Source of the DNA: Lama glama
Lineage: Eukaryota
Assembly (NCBI GenBank): GCA_028534125.1
Contig: CM052816.1
Span: 45,262,001 to 45,326,000 of the forward strand
Length of the DNA stretch: 64,000 nt
Reading direction: 5' to 3'
Position numbers and translations under genes: made by a program. Numbering within the stretch: position 1 is the first letter of the stretch; every line of letters starts with the position of its first letter. The notes beneath the pieces are model-generated. The model worked only from the letters and a program-made list of their open reading frames with translations, was not told where the DNA came from and searched no databases. Shown piece by piece: positions 40,289 to 54,354 of this stretch.

Positions 40289-41759
40289 CTTCTCGCACAC
40301 ACGTGCGACATAAAGTAGCTTAATGTAATTAACAATTAATCTTTACATCTCTTTGGCAGTGAAGACAAGGGATTACTTAACCCCAGGGAAAATCAGGCCT
40401 AGAGATTTTGCAACATGTGATGGTCAAAGCAGCCTGAAGAACCAGAAATAAAGCAAAGCAACAGGAAGCAAAAAGGATAGCGAAGCAGAGATCTGTCGTA
40501 TTTAGGAGCTGGGGATTAGCAGTCTGAGCTGTCTCACTGCAGAAAAGAAGGGAGCCATTAAATAAAGTGAGAGGACACAACGGATCTGCAGACTGGTAGA
40601 ATGAAACAAGAAGGGGAGTGCCGGGCTATGATGGGTGTGGATGGAAGGTAAATATTCAATCTCGCTGCATCTAAAGAACTCCTGAAAGTAAGGATTCCAT
40701 CAGTTGTGAGCACTAGACGTACTCCATAGTTGCCCACACTGCTCACAGTTTCTGGAAGAGGTGATCCCATGGGCCATATGCCGCTATCCCCCAGCCCCAG
40801 CCCCAGCCCCAGGTCACCCAGACACAGGTGACCAGCTCTGAGATGGATACCTGATCCAAAGACAGCCATTCTTCTGCCTTGCTCCTGATTTATAACTTGG
40901 TGACTTAGCTCTAAGAGGTGAGCTGAGCCCATCAGCTATTTGCTCTTGAGAATTTGACATGGATAACTGCCAGTTAGCAGCAGCACTAGAGCTGTTATAA
41001 ATTCAGGGCAAACAGCCATGTTGGAGTAAATACACAATGAATATACAAAATAAATGAACAGAAAAAAAGCGAGGAGGAAGGAAGGGTTGGGAGGAGCATT
41101 CAGATGCTCACAACGAGAAGAACGAGAGACCCTGTGGTCCCTGACAGATGAAGACCGCAGTCCTGGTTTTCAGCGTTTTAATTCCAGGTTCTCTGAGGTC
41201 CAGTTATACCTCATTTCCCACTTTGGAATGTCCAAGAGAGTGCCACTGGGGTACACATACTTCTATAACCCCACTTCCTTTACTTCAAATAGCTGTAGTA
41301 GGTTTTACATGCCACTCGCATGGCCATGGTTAAACTATGAATAATGGCCTTATTTCAGAGTTAGTGAGTTATAAAGGGGGAGCCAACACAGCTGTTTTTA
41401 AAACAACGTTGCTCTTAAAGACGTAGGAGGCTACCATTGCCATGTCTAATAGTTTTAGAGTTTACTCCGCAACACGATGAGCATTCCTAACTCGATGTAC
41501 TGACAATTGCCTCAAAGAGTAAGACTCAGGCTCACCTTTTAGTACTTAAAAAGCGCCCATATGCTTATATTACTTGAAAAGATTGAGCAAAGAAAACTGT
41601 GGACAGATTGGAGCAATATTGTTTCATCTACTTCAAAAAGAGCAGATATTTTAATTCACTGAATACCAATTTTGAATGAGGCAACAGTTGCCCACATCCT
41701 CAGCTCATTATATACTCAAGGTTTAAATAGGATAGAGATAGTCACTGAAAAACAGTCTG

Positions 41760-41813
41760 CTGACTATAACTCAATAAAATAAAAATTTAAAAAAAGATCA
41801 AGTTACACATAAA
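41760..41813 (+). mobile_element. Extremely 5'-truncated L1 3' tip
   Basis: ctgactataactcaataaaa (compare tgattataaatcaataaaa at the end of the 22067 L1) + A-rich tail. TSD aaaaacagtctg (41748-41759) / aaaaaaagtctg (41814-41825). Confidence 0.7.
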
Positions 41814-43149
41814 AAAAAAAGTCTGAAAATCATGATACCCTCTCAAATGACCTTTTCTTTTTTTTCCCCTTTTCAATTCTGAGCCATCTGTTCCCTGAAC
41901 AACTGGATGATACTGCTGAAATTGGTCTATTGGACAGTGGTTGCCAACTGTGCTCTAGGTAGGTTCCAGTGAATCAAGCCCCTTCAGAATTTAATCATAA
42001 TAAGGTCAGGCTGACTTGCTATTTTTTTGCATGTACTAATGCTCTGTTCTCATAAAACAAAATTGTTAGGTACTAGAAAATGTCATTGTCCCCGAGCATT
42101 CAAAGGTGTCCTGCCCTTACCTCTTGTTCACCAAGCCGCTGAATGGATGGCAAAAAAGTCTTTTTCTGACGAATCCTATGGCTTTCTTTTATCTGAAGAT
42201 AGTAAAATTATATGGCTTTCTAAGTTTAAAGCTAAATTTACAGAGGTGACTGTGGGAATACAAGATTAATGTCCAAAATATTTATCTTTTTGTACCCCCC
42301 ATCTCCAATCACAATTGCACTTGTGGACAACGATACTCAGATATGACTGTTAGCAGGAAAGAAGCTTCAGGTAAGGCTAATCTCCCATCACACAGGCAGG
42401 ATGAAGTACTTTCTGATCTCAGGTTGATGCTGGAGATGTGACTTTTTGTGCTTTATGTGTGAGATTTCAATAAACTCAAAGCACTTAGAAATAGTCAGAA
42501 GAAATTAGAGACTGTATTTCATGTCGGTATAAATATTCCATCCTTCCTCTGATTAAGACTTCGTAGGCTTTGAAGTACTGCTCTCTCCACAAATACCCTT
42601 ACAATACACTTACCTGTGCTTCATTTAGAGCCCATGGGAAACACAAGAGAAGTAAAAGTGTAGCTGTATGCCTACAAAAGTGACACTGTGGCCACTCTGT
42701 TAATGATGTGGATGCTTTAAGTGGCAAAAAATCCTGACAGTAATGGTAATCATTTCTCAACGGGGCAAAAATCACTTAGTACAAGTGATTTTAATCAACT
42801 ACATATTACTAAACGGCAACCACATTACATTGTCCTGAAGATCAGGCCCACACATTTCTGTGGCTTTATGTGCAAGTTGCAAATATTCCAAGAAAACCTT
42901 CCACAGTGTTCCCTGTAGGAGTGAACGCTCACATACCCATATCTTGTATCCTCTAATTCAAATTAACATTTACAGCACATTGCAAGAACTCATGTTCCTA
43001 AATGGTGACTTAAAGTCACTAAGAAATTGTTAATGGAAGTTAGTCATGCTTTGTTTAAAAAACACTACATACTTCTTTGTGCTATTAGTAAAATTTTAAT
43101 CCTGAAAACAACAGTGTTAACTTTCAACTCTTGAGAAAACAAGGATAAT

Positions 43150-43420
43150 GTGAGTAGATAAGGTATGAATGAAGACACTGGAACCAGGCTGTCTTGAGTC
43201 AATCCTAGGTCCACCTTTTACTGACTCTGTGACTTGGGCCAGTATCGAGCTTCTCCACACCTCACTTTCCTAAAAAATAGAATGGGGAGAACAATGGCAT
43301 CCAGCTCCTGAGAGTAGAGTGAGGGCTGCGGAGTGAGGACTGCGGAGTGAGGACTGGATGAGTTGATGCACGTAAAGTTCCCGGCTCAGAGCCTGGCCCG
43401 CTGCAGGGGCTCCAAAAAGG
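43150..43420 (+). mobile_element. MIR SINE containing a 14-bp x3 tandem repeat (43317-43358)
   Basis: ctctgtgacttgggccag...cctcactttcct...aatgggga; repeat unit gagtgagg(a/g)ctgcg. Confidence 0.8.
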
Positions 43421-44581
43421 TATTTACGATGATTGCTATCACCTGTTACTAAGTCCCAACTTCTCTTATGTCTACAAGACTTAACCTGTATTTAACTAAA
43501 GAGACAATATCAAATAGCAGTGTAGGGTAGTGTGAACATCTGTCAACTTTTTTATGTGTTAGAGAAAAGTGCTTAACAGTATGAGTCCAGTGATAGAAAA
43601 ATATTTAAACTGAGGGAATCAGGGAAGACTTCATGAAAGAGGTGGGGTTTGATTCCAGCTCTTTCCCCCTGGGATTCCTTACCAGTCAGCAGATACTTAG
43701 TGAGAGTTAGTCATGCAAATAAGATGTTTTGCCTGTGTCCACAAAGGCTCTGCAAGAGGGGAAGAAGGAAAACTTTCCCTTTGCAGCTTTTCCCCATGAC
43801 TCATGTGTGTTTCTGCAAAATCAGTTGTCGAAACCTGGTTCCAGCTTGAAAAGTCAACGGTATTACGGGTCATTCGGCAAGAGGCAGGTAATACTCAAGG
43901 AAGTCAGACGTAAATAACAGCAGGCCTGGTCCAGAAGCGTCAGCAGCAGGAGATGGAGCTGTGGTTGCAGCGGCCTCTCCAGGCCTTGGCACTGATGGTT
44001 TCCTACCTGCTGTCCTCCTGTCCCCCTCCCAACCACCATTCCCATCCAAACCTCCAAAGAGAGGGCCAAGGGTGCTGGAGGGAAAAGGCCAATTAGCTGA
44101 GGGTTTTCTAGAAGAGGGAGAATTTCTAGCCTCTTGGAAGCCTGCACTCTGAATGGGGTGACTGCTGGACAATTTCCAATGTTGACTATCAGAAAGCAAG
44201 GCTTTGTGAAAACATTTTTTCTTCACAGAATCTTAGAACTAGAAGGAATAGCTAGGGCCATCCCACCCTCCCTCTAGCTTAATGGGTGAAGAAACCAAGA
44301 CTCAAGGATTTCTGACCTTGCCCAGGACCTGACTGTCTAAACTCCTAAGTCAGTAATCCAAGTGAGGGTCCAAAGCATAAGTCAGACTCAAGAAAAATAA
44401 CCCAAAATGTTTCCAGGGGTTATATTCTCCTAATAATCTAAAAATCCCTTTTTTAAGAAAGTATCCCCAGTGTTTTATTTTACTTTGCACATGAAATTCC
44501 CAGGAGCTAGGGAACTATTGAGTAAATCATAGAATGAAACAATAAACACATACATTTCTGAATATAATACTCAACAGTAAT

Positions 44582-45196
44582 TGTTAGAGCAGGCAGGTAG
44601 CTAGATATGAGCAGAGAAAGGGGGACACAGGCAAACAGCAGAAAACCATATGTCTTGTAAACAACGGGGATCCTGGGGCAGACCAAGAAAAACAGGATCC
44701 TTTGCACTAATGAAAAACCACATCTTCTGGGTTGATAAGTGTCCTGGAGGCAGAAGGGTGGGACAGGAGAGGAATCCCCACTATCCGAATGTAACCTTTC
44801 GATCATTATGACCTCTGTCCAAATGTAACCTTTTGCTTATGATACCCCCATTCGAATGTAACCTTTTGTTCATTATGACCTCATCCAACTTCCCAATCAA
44901 GACTAAATAAGAATGAAAAATCCCTCCTCCCCACGTGGAAAGGTGGAGTTGGGATGAAGATCAGGAAAGATGATCCCAAACCCCTCCCCACCAATGAGTA
45001 TTTTGCCCATTCATTTTTACACTCATATAATGAGCTTGCCAAGGAACTTGGGGCAGCCACCCACCTGGGTCAGCTCGCTCTTGCCTTGAGAGCAGACTGC
45101 CTACCCCTTAATAAATCCTTGCTTTGCTTTCTTAACCTCTGCGTCTTGTCTCTGAATTCTTTCTGCAAACAAGACAAGAACCTCTCGATCCCAACA
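44582..45196 (+). mobile_element. ERV1-type solo LTR (615 bp)
   Basis: TGTT...AACA termini; perfect 4-bp TSD taat (44578-44581, 45197-45200); TATA-like catataa near 45025; AATAAA at 45110-45115; internal tandem repeats. Confidence 0.9.
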
Positions 45197-46224
45197 TAAT
45201 GACCCAAACATCTCAGACCTTACTCTCTCATGAAAGTTTTTAACGACACCACAAACTAAATTTTTGCTAAATATAAAAATTCACACAAAACAATAAATTG
45301 ATATAGGAAAAATATGAAGAAAGAGCAGTGAATTCCAAAAGGCAGCCTGTCATTCATAAACTCCCCTCCCACTGAGGTCCTTCCTACCCTCCAAAAAAAT
45401 TTGGCTTCAGTTGAATTAACGTTTTATCCTAAGGAATTTATTTTTGACAACAGGATGTTCCTGTTATTTTCAAGTCCTGTAATTTCAACAACAGGATTTC
45501 AGGGCAGTGAAATGAAATCAGAAGAGTAGAGTAGTATTAATTTCTGAGTCTAATCATAAATGGGTAAGAAAACCCCAAATAGTACAAAACCTGCCATAAA
45601 AATTTAGGGCTATCTCCTTCATGAATTTTCTGAATGCTTTTAATTAAAAAAAATCATTATCTAACATGCAGTAAAGATTTTTTGGCTGAAGTTCTTCACT
45701 TTTTAACTGTAGCCAAACTTCTTCAATGTAGAGCTGGGACAGGCCAGCTAACATCTTCAGAAACTTCCTTTATGACGGTTCACAAGTTTGTTGTTTTCTT
45801 TATTTCTCTTTCTCTCTTTCTTTAAATGAACGCTCATGGGCCACAAAGTGGAAGTAATTTTTAAAACATGCTGAAAGTTCAAGAGTGTGATATGTGTGCC
45901 TCTTTATCATTTCAAATGATAAAATCTTGTAAATGATACTTTTAAATGATAAAATATCACCAAATGTTGAGACTGCTTGTCATAACTCATTTGAAAGCCC
46001 ATCACTCGGGTGTGTGGAGAGAAGTCAGAAGATACCATCTCCTCTAAATCAAACACTTGCTTGAAGATTCTGCTGCCTGTTATCGCCAAGAATAGAGACT
46101 GATCTAGCTGGGTTTGATTATGAAGGAAAATGCATCAAAACCCATACTTGTCAGGGATGTTCTAAATGGAAGACAAGAAGGAAATGATGATTTCACAAAA
46201 CAGGGAGTGAAAAAGTGAAGTCCT

Positions 46225-46460
46225 TACAGATGTGGACTCTGAATCAGATGGGCCTGGCCGTGAACCTTGGCACTGCTTTCTAATAGTTATGTGACTACAG
46301 GCAAGTGAAGTTACCTCTCTGAGCTTCAGTATCCTTGTTGATAAAATATGAATAAAATCTACTTTTTTCATAAATGCGTTGTGAGAATTAAATGAGATTA
46401 ACTTGATTAAAGTGTTTACATAGTGCCTAGCATGTGGTAAAGACTCAATAAAGGACAGCT
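46225..46460 (+). mobile_element. MIR SINE
   Basis: ggactctgaatcaga...tgtgactacaggcaagt...ctctctgagcttcagt...gttgtgagaattaaatgag...agtgcctagcatgtggtaa. Confidence 0.85.
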
Positions 46461-46703
46461 ATCACCATTCACTTTAGCATGTGAACTGGTTTAATTATTT
46501 GCTAAAACTTAATAATGCTAACTCATGGATGGAAATTATACATGGCATTTAATACTCTATTTCATATATTTGGTAAATATCATAATTTTTTTTTTGCAAT
46601 AGCAAGCTTATCTGCAAAGTCATCATCACCTCTAATCCAGTGTCCAACACCATTTCTCAGAAGAGCAAACATTTCCTTCAGCACCTACAACAATGACTTA
46701 CAT

Positions 46704-47363
46704 CAAAAAATTAAAAGTAGTGCTACCATATAATCCAGTGATTCCACTTCTAGGTATTTATCCCAAGAAAATGAAAATAGTGATTCCAAATGATATATGC
46801 ACCCCAATGTTCACTACAGCATTATTTACAATAGGTAAGATAGGGAAGCCACCTAAGTGTCTATTGACAGATGAATGGATAAAGATGTGGTATACATACA
46901 TAATGGACTACTTCTCAGCCATAAAAAAGAAAGAAACCTTGCCATTTATGACAACACGGGTAGACACAGAGGATACTACGTTAAGTGAAATAAGTCAGAC
47001 AAAGACAAATACTATATGATTTCACTCATATATGGAACCTAAGAAAACAAATGAATAAACATAATAAAACAGAAAAAGGCTCATAGATACAGAGAACAAA
47101 CAGCTTGCAGGAAGAGGGAGTGGGTGGGTGAAATAGGGAAAAGGGATTAAGGTGTACAAACTCCAGTTATAAAGTAAATAAGTCACAAGGATGCAATGTA
47201 CAGCATAGGGAATATAGGCAATAATACTGGTAACTTTGTATGGTGACAGATGGTTGTTAGACTCACTGTGGTGATCACTTTGTAATATATAAAACCATTG
47301 AATCACTACGCAGTATACCTGAAACTACTATAATACTGTAAGTCAATTATATTTCAATTAAAA
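46704..47363 (+). mobile_element. L1MA9-like LINE 3' fragment
   Basis: ORF2 C-terminal-like peptide LPYNPVIPLLGIYPKK...CTPMFTTALFTI...DEWIKMWY; 3' UTR gtatggtgacagatgg...cctgaaactactataata. Confidence 0.92.
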
Positions 47364-50300
47364 TCAAACAAATGAAAAAAAGGTAAGGCTGTGGGTCAAT
47401 GTTCAGTCATTTGAAAGCAAGATAGACATACAACCTTTGAAAATATACATGTTTAAATCTTTATTTGGTTCTGCCACGGTGACCCAAAATTGTCTATACT
47501 AAATCCTAGATTTGAACCCACAGAAAGGTGAGGGGTGATAAGTCTTTACGCTGGGATGTAGATCACCTAACTGCTCAGGGATGCTCTTCTCTGTGGTTGC
47601 TGTTCTGAAGCTAAAGGAGCGCAGGCCAACACCATGGTCTCCTTTACTGTGACTAAGCTGTTATTTTCACAGCTATGTTAATGTCCTCGGAAGACATTTC
47701 CTTTGGCAGTTAAGGCAGCTGTGTTAAAGGCTCCTATCATGTTATTTCAGCAGCTGAGTAATAGTAAAATAGTATCCTTGGGGATTTTTCCCCCCTACTT
47801 TCCTCCTCAGCAAAGGGGTAATTGATCCTCTTTTCATTTCTGTATTATTTCTGTAAACTACTAAAGTTTAACTAATGTTCCTAAAAGGGTTTTAAGTAGC
47901 TTATAAAGACATATCCTCAACATAAAATAAGAATGAGAGAAATGGAGCAAATAAAAAATAAACTAAGATTGAATCAGGAGTGGGGTACTGAAGTGCCATT
48001 TGCTAAAAATGGGCTATACATTCATCCCAGTGTGCTTTCTCTAGCGTATGTTTAGGGGCGAACACACACACTCAGTGGTTCAAGAGAAGCACAACTCTTT
48101 CCAGTTGGAGAGCAACATGGTTATTGTGTCATGTAACAGACAATACTCTTGATCTTATATCCATGAGAACTACAGTATCAACTTTTACATGACTGCTATT
48201 TATTCATTTAATGTGCATCTACGAAGCACCAACTACGTGCACGAGATTTTGTGCACGAGATTTGCCATGCTATTCATCGGTGATGAATCATACATGGCCC
48301 CTGACCCGGAGAAGACCGGAGTCTCCTGTGGAGGAGAGGCTTGTGCTAAATCTTACTGGAACGTGTTATGAGTGATACTCAGCCACCTGGAGCGTGGCGG
48401 GACCTCAAAGGCAGGAGAGAGTTATTGTGTACAGGGGAGCTGGATGGTGAAATCATATTTGCCAAGAAAGAAATGACATGAGAATCGAGAAGGACATTTG
48501 TTATTTAAGTGACCTGATAGGAAAATGATGTGGACAGCCTTCGAAAAGCCAGACTCCCTTTCCCGGACAAGGGCAAAGAAAAGGCAAGGCTCAAAAATTT
48601 CTCAGCTTTGTTTCCTGTTGCTTCAGGAATCACCTGTGCTCTTGAAAAGGAAGCACAGTCTGAGATTTTCAGGAAGATAACATAATTATGATTAATCTTT
48701 GTTCCTCTGGGGCTATAAAACTTTCAAGGCCAAGGATTTGTGTGTATGTTCTGATTTGGGGCCTATGACTTGGGGCAGGGACCAGAATTAATGACTACAT
48801 AGAATTAAAACATAGGCTTGATTGGTCCAAGGATATACGGACTGTGTATTCTACTAATTTAGAGAAAAGACCTGGAGTGAAAGAGAGACCCATCTTTTCA
48901 CACCCCCTCCGCTACTGTCTGTGTGAAGGATAATTATGGAGGAAAGTTCAAGAGAGCAGCCGTATAAGAAGTTCAAAAGAAGCCAGACGATTCAGAAATC
49001 ACAGCTGCACCAGGAAGGAAGCAGTTACCGAATCAATGCTCTCTTCTCAGGACCCTTTAACCCACTGAACACAACAAGATGTGATCCATTAGATCACAGC
49101 TGCGTGGAGGGGGCTCAGGGTGGAGTAGAGGTGTAATCCACCACCCTTGAAAAATTCCACTTTCCTTTGTTAGCTGGAAACTGGTCAAACTTAACAACTG
49201 AAGAAAGTACTACTATTAGATAAAAGCAATGAACTGAAGAATACTGAAGAAACAATATTTCTGGAGGGAGAAGAGGCCTTTGTACTGCCCCTGATCTTTT
49301 CAATGTAAATTTGTTCTTTATTGACAAATAAAAATTCTTCCTAAAGTATAACTGGAATCTGACATAGACATCCTTAACAAGACACAGGGTATATAAAATG
49401 CTAGGTCTAAAGCTAGACTCTCCTGATAGCTTACAAGCAGTGTAGCCATCAGCATGTAGCAGTCTGAAAAGAAATACAGCGGAGATTCTTCTGTAGTGCA
49501 ACGCTTTCAACCACAACAGAGTACAAAACACTATAATCCATCTAATAAATGCTACTACTATGCAATTTTGGAAAGTTACATTCTAAGATGCATCTTTTCG
49601 AGAAAGGATCAAGAAAATAGAGAGGTTTTTAGGCTATCACATACACTAATATCAAATGTCTTATTCTTTGTAACTCCTTTTCTTTAATCCTTGTAAAAAC
49701 ACACAGCAGAGATCCTGATGTTAATAATTGCCTTTGCTTGGAGTTGCAAGTGGAGCGCTGTTTCTGGCCTTCCTTCACATTCATTTAATAAAACAGAAAA
49801 GAAAAGCTAGAAAGTTCGTTCTACAGTTAAGGTGTAATCATCATCAAATAAACAGTGCCAAGGTACCGGTCAAATAAAGTCACAAGTAGTTCTCAGCCCA
49901 TGGTTTGGTAAAATATTTAGGATGTTATTCCACCTTTTATAACAAAGAAGCTTTTATAAGCCAAACATAAAGCCAATTGCTAATGAAATCAAAATGAACT
50001 TCTCACCATTATCAAAAAAAATCACTCAATATAAAAAACTAGGATGCTGGATATAATTTTCAGAAGCCAGTTATATTTAAAACATGCATTTAATCAGTAT
50101 CTCTGTTTACATCCATTTAAAAGTCAGGTTGGCCATTTCTGGGTGCCGCGTGAGTTCTTTTAGGATTTCTGAATCCCATCTCCTGCACTAGGTATATTGT
50201 GTTAGGTACTTTTGCACACAATCATCAATTTAATCCTCATGACAAATCCATAAGACAAGCATTGTTTTCTCCATTCTTTCATTTAATGAGTATTTACTGA

Positions 50301-53300
50301 GCACCTTTTAAACGCCAGAGACTGTTCAAGGCTCCAGGGCCAGAGCGGTGAACAACCTCACAACAGAAAGTCCTTGCCTTTCTGGAGCTTACTTTCTAGA
50401 GGATACTTCTTTGTCTTCATTCTTTGTAATCTAAACTTGTCCTGAGCTAAATTCTCAGAAAGAAATTAAAACGTAAAAACTTTCTCTTAGACCACAACCG
50501 GAATCTGACAGATACCTGAGAGGCAGAAAATACGAAAAAAAAATTCAAATAAATAAACACATACTACATCTGATGGTGATAATGCCATGATGGAAAATAA
50601 AATCTGATAAGGTCACTATGGCGGTCTGGGAATTACTAATATTACATGAAACTGTCAGAGAGATACAAAGTCTCCCACTAAGAAGCAAAGCTGAGATATG
50701 AGATTTTTCTATGACTAAACCAGTGAAGTAGACAACAAATGTCTCTTTCAAACAATAGGAAACGACAGTAAATTCCAGTATTATCACCAACATGTTGTCC
50801 CAAGTAAATTAATGCTAGTCTGGAAATGGCAGAATACCACCTAATGAATACCTTACTCTGCTGGGTGAAAAAATCCTATCACGTTATTTCTAAAACACAC
50901 AGATCCTCACTGTCACCTTGTGTACCCAAATAGGTATGGTTAATCATTTTTTCTAATTCTTCATCAGCAGGATCTGGAGGAGGACACCTGGAATGCCAGG
51001 TGTCCCGGGCAGGCCAGCACGTGACTCATGTCCGTAAAATAGTTGCACTAGATATCTGATAAGCCTACAGATTTATATGAGATATTTCTAGACCTCATAT
51101 GCTATATTGTTTTTCTCACCTACACTCAGTTAATTTCTTCTGCCTAAAGCATTCTTCCCTCAAAAATAATCAAAAGACCTTGGTGATTCAAATCTTAAAT
51201 TAGCCTGAGAATGACATATTTTTTTCCTATCTTAATAGAATCCAATTCATTTGATTATAGTCATCCCTTAAATCGCAGTATTTGCCTGAGCACAAGCTAT
51301 CCAGTAAATACAGTGAATAATATTTATTACAAGTTTGCATTAATATAGGGTAACAAGTGTCCATGTGTGGTCATCTGATGTGACATGCATGTATTTAATT
51401 ATTTAACTTAATTTATTTATTCCACCTGGGCTGCCTCATTCCAAATGGACCATCATAAGGAAAATATAAAAATAAGACTTAAAAAATGCTGGAATAATTT
51501 GCACCTAAGAGTGAAAAGTCCATTCAGCCCAGACTTCATATTTTCTCTGAAAGAATGGAAGAAATATCCCAGATTTCGGACTGCATTTAAAAAGAGGGTA
51601 GGCCTGACAAATTCATAAGCAAACACATGAATTTTGAGAATCACTCTCCAAAAACACTGAGCATGTGGAAATACATCAGCTGGAAAAAATGAAGTCCTGA
51701 GCACTCCATTTCCTAGAAAAATCCAACTTCCTCTCTACTGCTATTATAAATAATGTATCATTATCATCTCGAAAAACCATCTTGATATAAACAATAAATG
51801 GAAATTAATTATACACTATCTGTTATTACTACTTTGAATACAGATCAAATGATTAAAGTTTCCCTTATTTAGGGTACCATCTCAATTATTTTATAAGCAT
51901 CAAAAATAGAAAACAAACTTACAAGGTCTTTCAAGAAGACCTGCTTTTACAGTTAGCCCTTGTTGATGGAAAAGCAGTAGTTCAAACTGAATAAAATTAG
52001 CAACTTTGACCATTCCATGGGACTGGAATGTTTATGTAATTGAATCAAGACCATCTTTTTTGTGATTTAAAGTAGCCACAGGACTTTCTATTTCCTAAGA
52101 GTGATTATAAGTGTCACATGGTTTGCCAAGGGGCAGAAGACTTCTATTCCACTGAACAAATTATAAAACAAGAATGAGTGGCAAATGGTAGTACTTTCTG
52201 ATCAGATTTCATGAGCCCTAACATACTAGTTACATGTATTGGGGAAAAAAAAGATCTTGATAGCTATGGCCAGTGGTCAAAATAAATTGCCTATTTATCA
52301 GATCAGTGTATGTCAAAGATCGTCACTTGGTTTCATGCAAGGTCTTAATAGGGGAGTTTAGTTTAGGTGTTATCTTAGAACCACATTCTTGTAAAGTGTT
52401 TGCAAAGCACTTTCACACACCTTATCTTCCTTTTAGACAGTCACAGCAGATATCATGATTCCTCTTATAACGACAAGGGAACTATTTTCTTGGCTAAGAA
52501 ATTTGCCTACAGTTATTAGGTGTTCTGGAAACTAGAGTGCAAGTCCAGATCTTTGAATCACAGACCGATGCTAATTTTACTCTACTAGGGTCACCAAATT
52601 TTGACTGATGAGGTCTAAGTTGAGTCTTTCTCATTCTGAATTCTACTAAAAAGAGATATAGTCATAAACGCATTTATATTTTGGTTGCTTTGCCTTTAAT
52701 TTCCAGAAGTTTCTCGTTGTACCCTCACAAGAATATCTTTCTTTATAGTTTTACCTTGGGGTGGATTTCTTTTATTTTTAATCAAAAGACTTAGCTAAAT
52801 GTGAGTAGAAATAAACGGTATTTTTTTTTTAAGTTAAGTACTTGCTAACTGGAAAACTTGAACAGACAAGAGTACGGATCCAGTTAGAGAAAGGTGATAT
52901 TTACATTTATAAGGTATCAATAAACTGTTAAAATATGTTCTGGCCATTGGATGATTCCAGGTTCAAACCGTTTGCTCCAGTCTTCCACTCATGCTAACTG
53001 GCCCATTTTTATCTTTGCTCAGGCAGCCTGAAATCTATGCACAGAATGTCCTAACCTCTCTTCAAGTCCTTCTCTAACCATATCTACCCACAATGATCTT
53101 TCCTTTAGCTGAATTTCTGAATCACCAATAATTGACTGTTTGTACTGACCTCATTATTTTTTTGTCTTATTGCTCTAAACAGACTGTAAGATTTCCCAAA
53201 ACAAGAGTTACAGCTTATTTGTTTTTATATGCTGCTCAATACTAAACATGATAAAGGTTCAAGAAACAAGAAATGTTTGTTCTTCTATCCTTACGGCACT

Positions 53301-53959
53301 GCCAGTATGTACTTAAATGAGATTTCAAAAGGCAAAGTCAATTTATTCTCATTCAAAAATACTGAAATCACAATATCAAAGCAAGCACAAATCTCATGCA
53401 GGTTTACAGAGTCTTTCATTTTCTGCACATCTCCATTTTTACTTAACTTGCTTAAAGAGCCTCCTCTACCCTGAGGTATGTTCTAAAGCAAAGCATAAGT
53501 TCAACAAAAAAGCTTGTTTAATTATTCAGAACTGAAAATGAGAAAGTACTTTCGATTGTAATACTGAAAAAAATGCACACTAAGTGATTATTACATAAAA
53601 AACTTTCCTTATCAGTGATCGAAAATATTGCCATCTTTGTGTGTGAAGAAATGTCTTAAATCTTTAAATCTATACCATTTTCTTTCCTCATTCAAATGTA
53701 TATTAAACTTCATGTATCCTGAAAACAAAATGACTTTGAGATGTCAAACTAAAAGGTCAGGCTTACGATGTGAATCACTAAGAACACTCAAGTGTGGGGT
53801 ATGAGATAGGTTTTTTGATTCACTGCAAGCATAACCTAAAACCAGGATCTAGTACATTCTGAAGTAATTCTGATTATTTTGCGCTTTAGGGCATTCTGAC
53901 AGAAAGATCCATGTATCTGTAGAAATGTACTCTAAATATCTTTTTATCATAATTTCTTC

Positions 53960-54345
53960 ATTTATTTACTCCCCAAATATTTGTTGAGCACCTACTAAGT
54001 ATATGTCAGACACTGTTCTAGACTCTAGGGATACAGTGCTACCAAAACCAAAAAACCAAAAAACAAAACAAATCAAACTTATTGAGATTACATACTTTTT
54101 AAAGAAACAGAGTTAGAAAGATGGAATAAATAAGAAATATAGTATTGGATGGTGATTAGGGCTATAAAAAAATAAAGCAGTGAATAGAGATAAACAGTGA
54201 AAAAGATGGTCAGGAAAGGCTTCTCTGAGGAGTGCCACTTGAAGTGAAAGAGCATGCTATGCGAATATCTGAAAGAAGAACATTCCAGACTGAAGGAACA
54301 CCAAGAGTAAAGGTTTCGAGATAAGAACAGCTGTAAAACTGCATA
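53960..54345 (-). mobile_element. L2a 3' end fragment
   Basis: aaatatttgttgagcacctact...cactgttctagactctagggatacag...ggtcaggaaaggcttctctgagga. Confidence 0.8.
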
Positions 54346-54354
54346 ACACACATA

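Noticed and set aside
43863..44226. Cluster of overlapping ORFs in GC-richer sequence, possible processed pseudogene
   Set aside because: No recognisable protein, poly-A or TSD; the GC content explains the scarcity of stop codons.
44786..44885. Repeat array of CRISPR-like unit length
   Set aside because: Tandem copies without unique spacers, inside a mammalian LTR; no cas genes.
46693..47019. L1 ORF2-like ORFs (also 25520-25783 and 59897-60193)
   Set aside because: Truncated LINE remnants, not functional genes.
48237..48263. Tandem duplication gtgcacgagattt x2
   Set aside because: Ordinary small slippage duplication in a probable L2 remnant.
49080..49098. Inverted repeat tgtgatc-catta-gatcaca
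   Set aside because: A 7-bp stem is expected by chance in 64 kb; no supporting context.
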